Shown: piece after piece, positions 15,069-17,686 of the stretch | Layout of the letters: every line of letters starts with the position of its first letter | Position numbering within the stretch: position 1 is the first letter of the stretch | Position numbers and translations under genes: made by a program | Assembly (NCBI GenBank): GCA_963663405.2 | Contig: CAXXSM010000124.1 | Coordinates: 1 to 17,686 of the forward strand | DNA from: a bacterium | GTDB lineage: Bacteria > Hinthialibacterota > Hinthialibacteria > Hinthialibacterales > Hinthialibacteraceae | Length of the DNA: 17,686 bases | Direction: 5' to 3' | The notes under the pieces: generated by a model | Databases searched by the model: none | The model's input: only the letters and a program-made list of their open reading frames with translations | What the model was told of the DNA's origin: nothing

Positions 15069-17686
15069 ATGGGATTAGAAACTATGTTAAGATTTCTCCG
15101 CGCAGTTCCAGCTTTTCTTCTATTCATTGTTGTATTAATATTTACCCCGCGCGCCGTTTTTTCCAATTCTATACTCATTAATGAAATCCTCACTTCTACA
15201 TCGAATGTTGATGAGTTTGGAACACCACTCGAATGGATTGAAATCTACAATCCCGGTCCGGAAATTTTGAATCTGGAGGGATACAGTCTGACGGATGATC
15301 CGCTCTCACCCCGAAAGTGGCTGTTTCCCAGCGATGGATCTCCCTGCGGATGGCTATTTTCTTGTCTGGGCGACAGGATACGGTTATTACAATCCCGGCG
15401 GAATATCACGCCAATTTCCGTTTGAGTCGCGATGGGGGAATTCCTTGGAATCTATTCTCCTGATTCAACCCTCATCGACTCAATCGAGTATCCAACGCAG
15501 CGGAAAGATGTCTCCTATGGCCGCGATCCTAACAACCTTGAGGAATGGCGCTTTTTTACCAATCCTGGGCCAGGGGAGAAAAATCCAGAAAACGGTTTGC
15601 TGGGATTTCGCGGGGTGGAACCAACATTCTCACAACCGGGTGGCGTGTATACAAACGCGGTTGAGATCACTCTTTCATCAATAGATGAGAATGCGGAAAT
15701 CCGTTATACAATGCATGGCTCTCCCCCCAACAGAGGCTAGCGATTTATACAAGACCGCCATACAGATCGAAGAATCCGCCTCTATCCGTGCGATCGCATT
15801 TCGTCCTGGATACGAATCCAGCGAAATTGTTACGCAGACGTATCTCATTCGTGACTCGATCACTCTCCCCATCATCTCGCTGGTCACCGATCCACCTAAT
15901 CTGTGGGATTCGAAAACGGGGATCTACGCCAACGCGACCAGTCATGGATTCGCCTGGGAACGTCCGGTCACGATGGAGTATTTTGACATAGATGGGCAGA
16001 AGAAATTTGATGTAAATGCGGGATTGCGTATTCATGGCGGCGCGTCCCGCACCCGTTCTGAGAAAAAATCCTTTCGTGTTTATTTTCGCTCTGAATATGG
16101 GCCGGGAAGGTTGGATTATCCATTGATCCCCTCCACAGGCGTCGAATCATTCGATAGTTTTATTCTGCGCGCCGGATACAACGACAGCTGGATTCATTGG
16201 GATGATATGGAGCGCTATGTGGCGGTGTATATCTCCGATCAGTTGGGACGTGATGTGCATTCAGATATGGGATTCGTAGCATCGCATGGAATCTATGCGG
16301 AACTATTCTTGAACGGCGAATATTGGGGGCTCTACAACCTCTGCGAACGAATCGAAGGTGAGTTCCTCACTTCATATTATGGTTTTGATGATTGGGACAT
16401 CATATCGGATGATGAATTGAAGGAAGGTGATTGGACGGAGTGGAACCGGCTGCATAATTTTATCAACCATTCGGATTTATCGAATCCAGACAACTACCAA
16501 ACCTTTCAAGAGATGGTTGATCTGAAGCAGATCACATCCTATTACATCTTAAATATCTGGGTGCAGAATCATGATTGGCCTCATCATAATTGGTACGCGG
16601 CGCGCGAACGGCATCCCCAAGGGCGATGGAAATTGATCGTCTGGGATATCGAAGATTCGTTCGGCTCCGGCGCGTCACGGGGCAGTTACAACATGAATAC
16701 ATTTGCGAATGCGCAGGGGAGTAATTCAATCGGAAACTTGTTCCGCGCCTGCTCAAGAATCCGGAGTATCAAATCTACTTTGCGAATGAATTGGAACGCT
16801 ATCTGAGTGGCCCGCTCAGTGAAGAGCATCTTCTCAAGCGGCTTGATGAGCACGCCGCTATTGTCCGCGCCACAATGCCGAAAGAAGCGCTGCGGTGGAA
16901 TCCAACTAAAAGCATTGATGATTGGGAAAACGCGCTGGAGATCGCCCGGACATTCATCCGGAACCGCACGGCGTATGTGAGACAGCACGTCTATCGAGTG
17001 ATCGATGTCTCCACCCCCCACGCCCACACCGGCGACTCCCGAAGCCACACCCACGCCCGGTCCGCCCACTCCTACGTCAACACCGCTGCCCGCCGGCTCC
17101 GTCATTGGCATATTCGATAACCATACGGATATCGGAAGTGTCTTGGCGGATGGAGACGCATTCTATGAAGAAGAAAACGGACAATACACCGTCATCGGGA
17201 GCGGCGCGGATGTCTGGGATCAATCCGATGGATTTCATTTTCTCTATAAAGAAGTGAGTGATGATTTTGTTTTGGAAGCGAAGATCGATGGAGAGAATTT
17301 TGGAACGAGTAACTGGGTGAAGTTCATGTTAATGGCGCGCCAATCTCTTGAACACGACGCGGCCTATTACGCCGCCCGGTTCCAGGAATCAAATTTCCAA
17401 GCCAGTTCTCAATGGCGAACCACGCAGGGAGCGAGCGCCGGAAGTACCCCCAGCGGAGACCGCATCAGCAGCCCCCAGCATGACAACCGCCTCCGCATCG
17501 CCCGGAAAGGCGATCGATTCGAAAACCTATTATTTCAACGTAAACAACAACCAATGGACCCTCCTAGACAGCCTCACAATCCCCTTAACCGATCCCATCT
17601 ACGCAGGCTTCGCCGTCACATCCCCACGACAACGGAAACCTCGCCAAAGGCTACTTTACACAAGTCCAATTTGAAGGGGTGAGTGT
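15069..17686 (+). CDS. secreted CotH kinase family protein (signal peptide, lamin-tail domain, Fn3-associated/CHB_HEX_C-like domain, CotH kinase, Pro/Thr linker, ConA-like/DUF1349-like domain); multiple apparent frameshifts, 3' end uncertain
   Basis: LTD: ILINEI...EWIEIYN...LEGYSLTD...DVSYGR. Linker domain: PTFSQPGGVY...IRYT..GS.P. CotH: RIHGGASR, KKSFRVYF, LFLNGEYWGLYNLCERI, NHDWPHHN, WDIEDSFG. Then PTPTPATPEATPTPGPPTPT, followed by YTVIGSGADVWDQSDGFHFLYKEVSDDF. Spread over ORFs 15069, 15295, 15432, 15685, 16791, 17005 and 17348. The start may be 15084. Confidence 0.82.

Noticed and set aside
17008-17095. C-rich quasi-repeats resembling a tandem array
   Set aside because: They encode the Pro/Thr linker; not a CRISPR or non-coding repeat.
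1-17686. CRISPR array, tRNA/rRNA, riboswitch or programmed frameshifting
   Set aside because: No regularly spaced identical repeats or recognisable RNA signatures were seen. The frameshifts are too many and scattered to be programmed.

Overview
Bacterial chromosomal window. The left part carries a frameshifted membrane HAMP-PAS protein with a degenerate histidine-kinase C-terminus, an HU/IHF-family gene and an HDOD signalling protein. These converge on a stand-alone minus-strand flgK-flgL operon. Both hook-filament junction proteins are unusually large (1006 and 903 aa) because of repeated inserted domains, and the operon is preceded by a near-consensus sigma-54 promoter. Next come a TauE/SafE transporter coupled to a TatD hydrolase, a MITE-like inverted-repeat element, and an ECF sigma factor / membrane anti-sigma (LolA-like) pair with a candidate autoregulatory promoter. 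The right ~4 kb holds a frameshifted secreted protein of unknown function, an inverted-repeat-bounded segment with an XRE antitoxin and only the last ~19 codons of its toxin, and a frameshifted secreted LTD-CotH kinase-ProThr linker-ConA-like protein that runs off the window. Frameshifts cluster at both window ends, mostly at homopolymers, which suggests low-coverage long-read errors rather than true decay. No rRNA, tRNA, CRISPR array or intact transposase was seen. The most novel-looking element is the giant, nested-domain, sigma-54-driven flgKL unit. All family assignments are by eye, without database searches.
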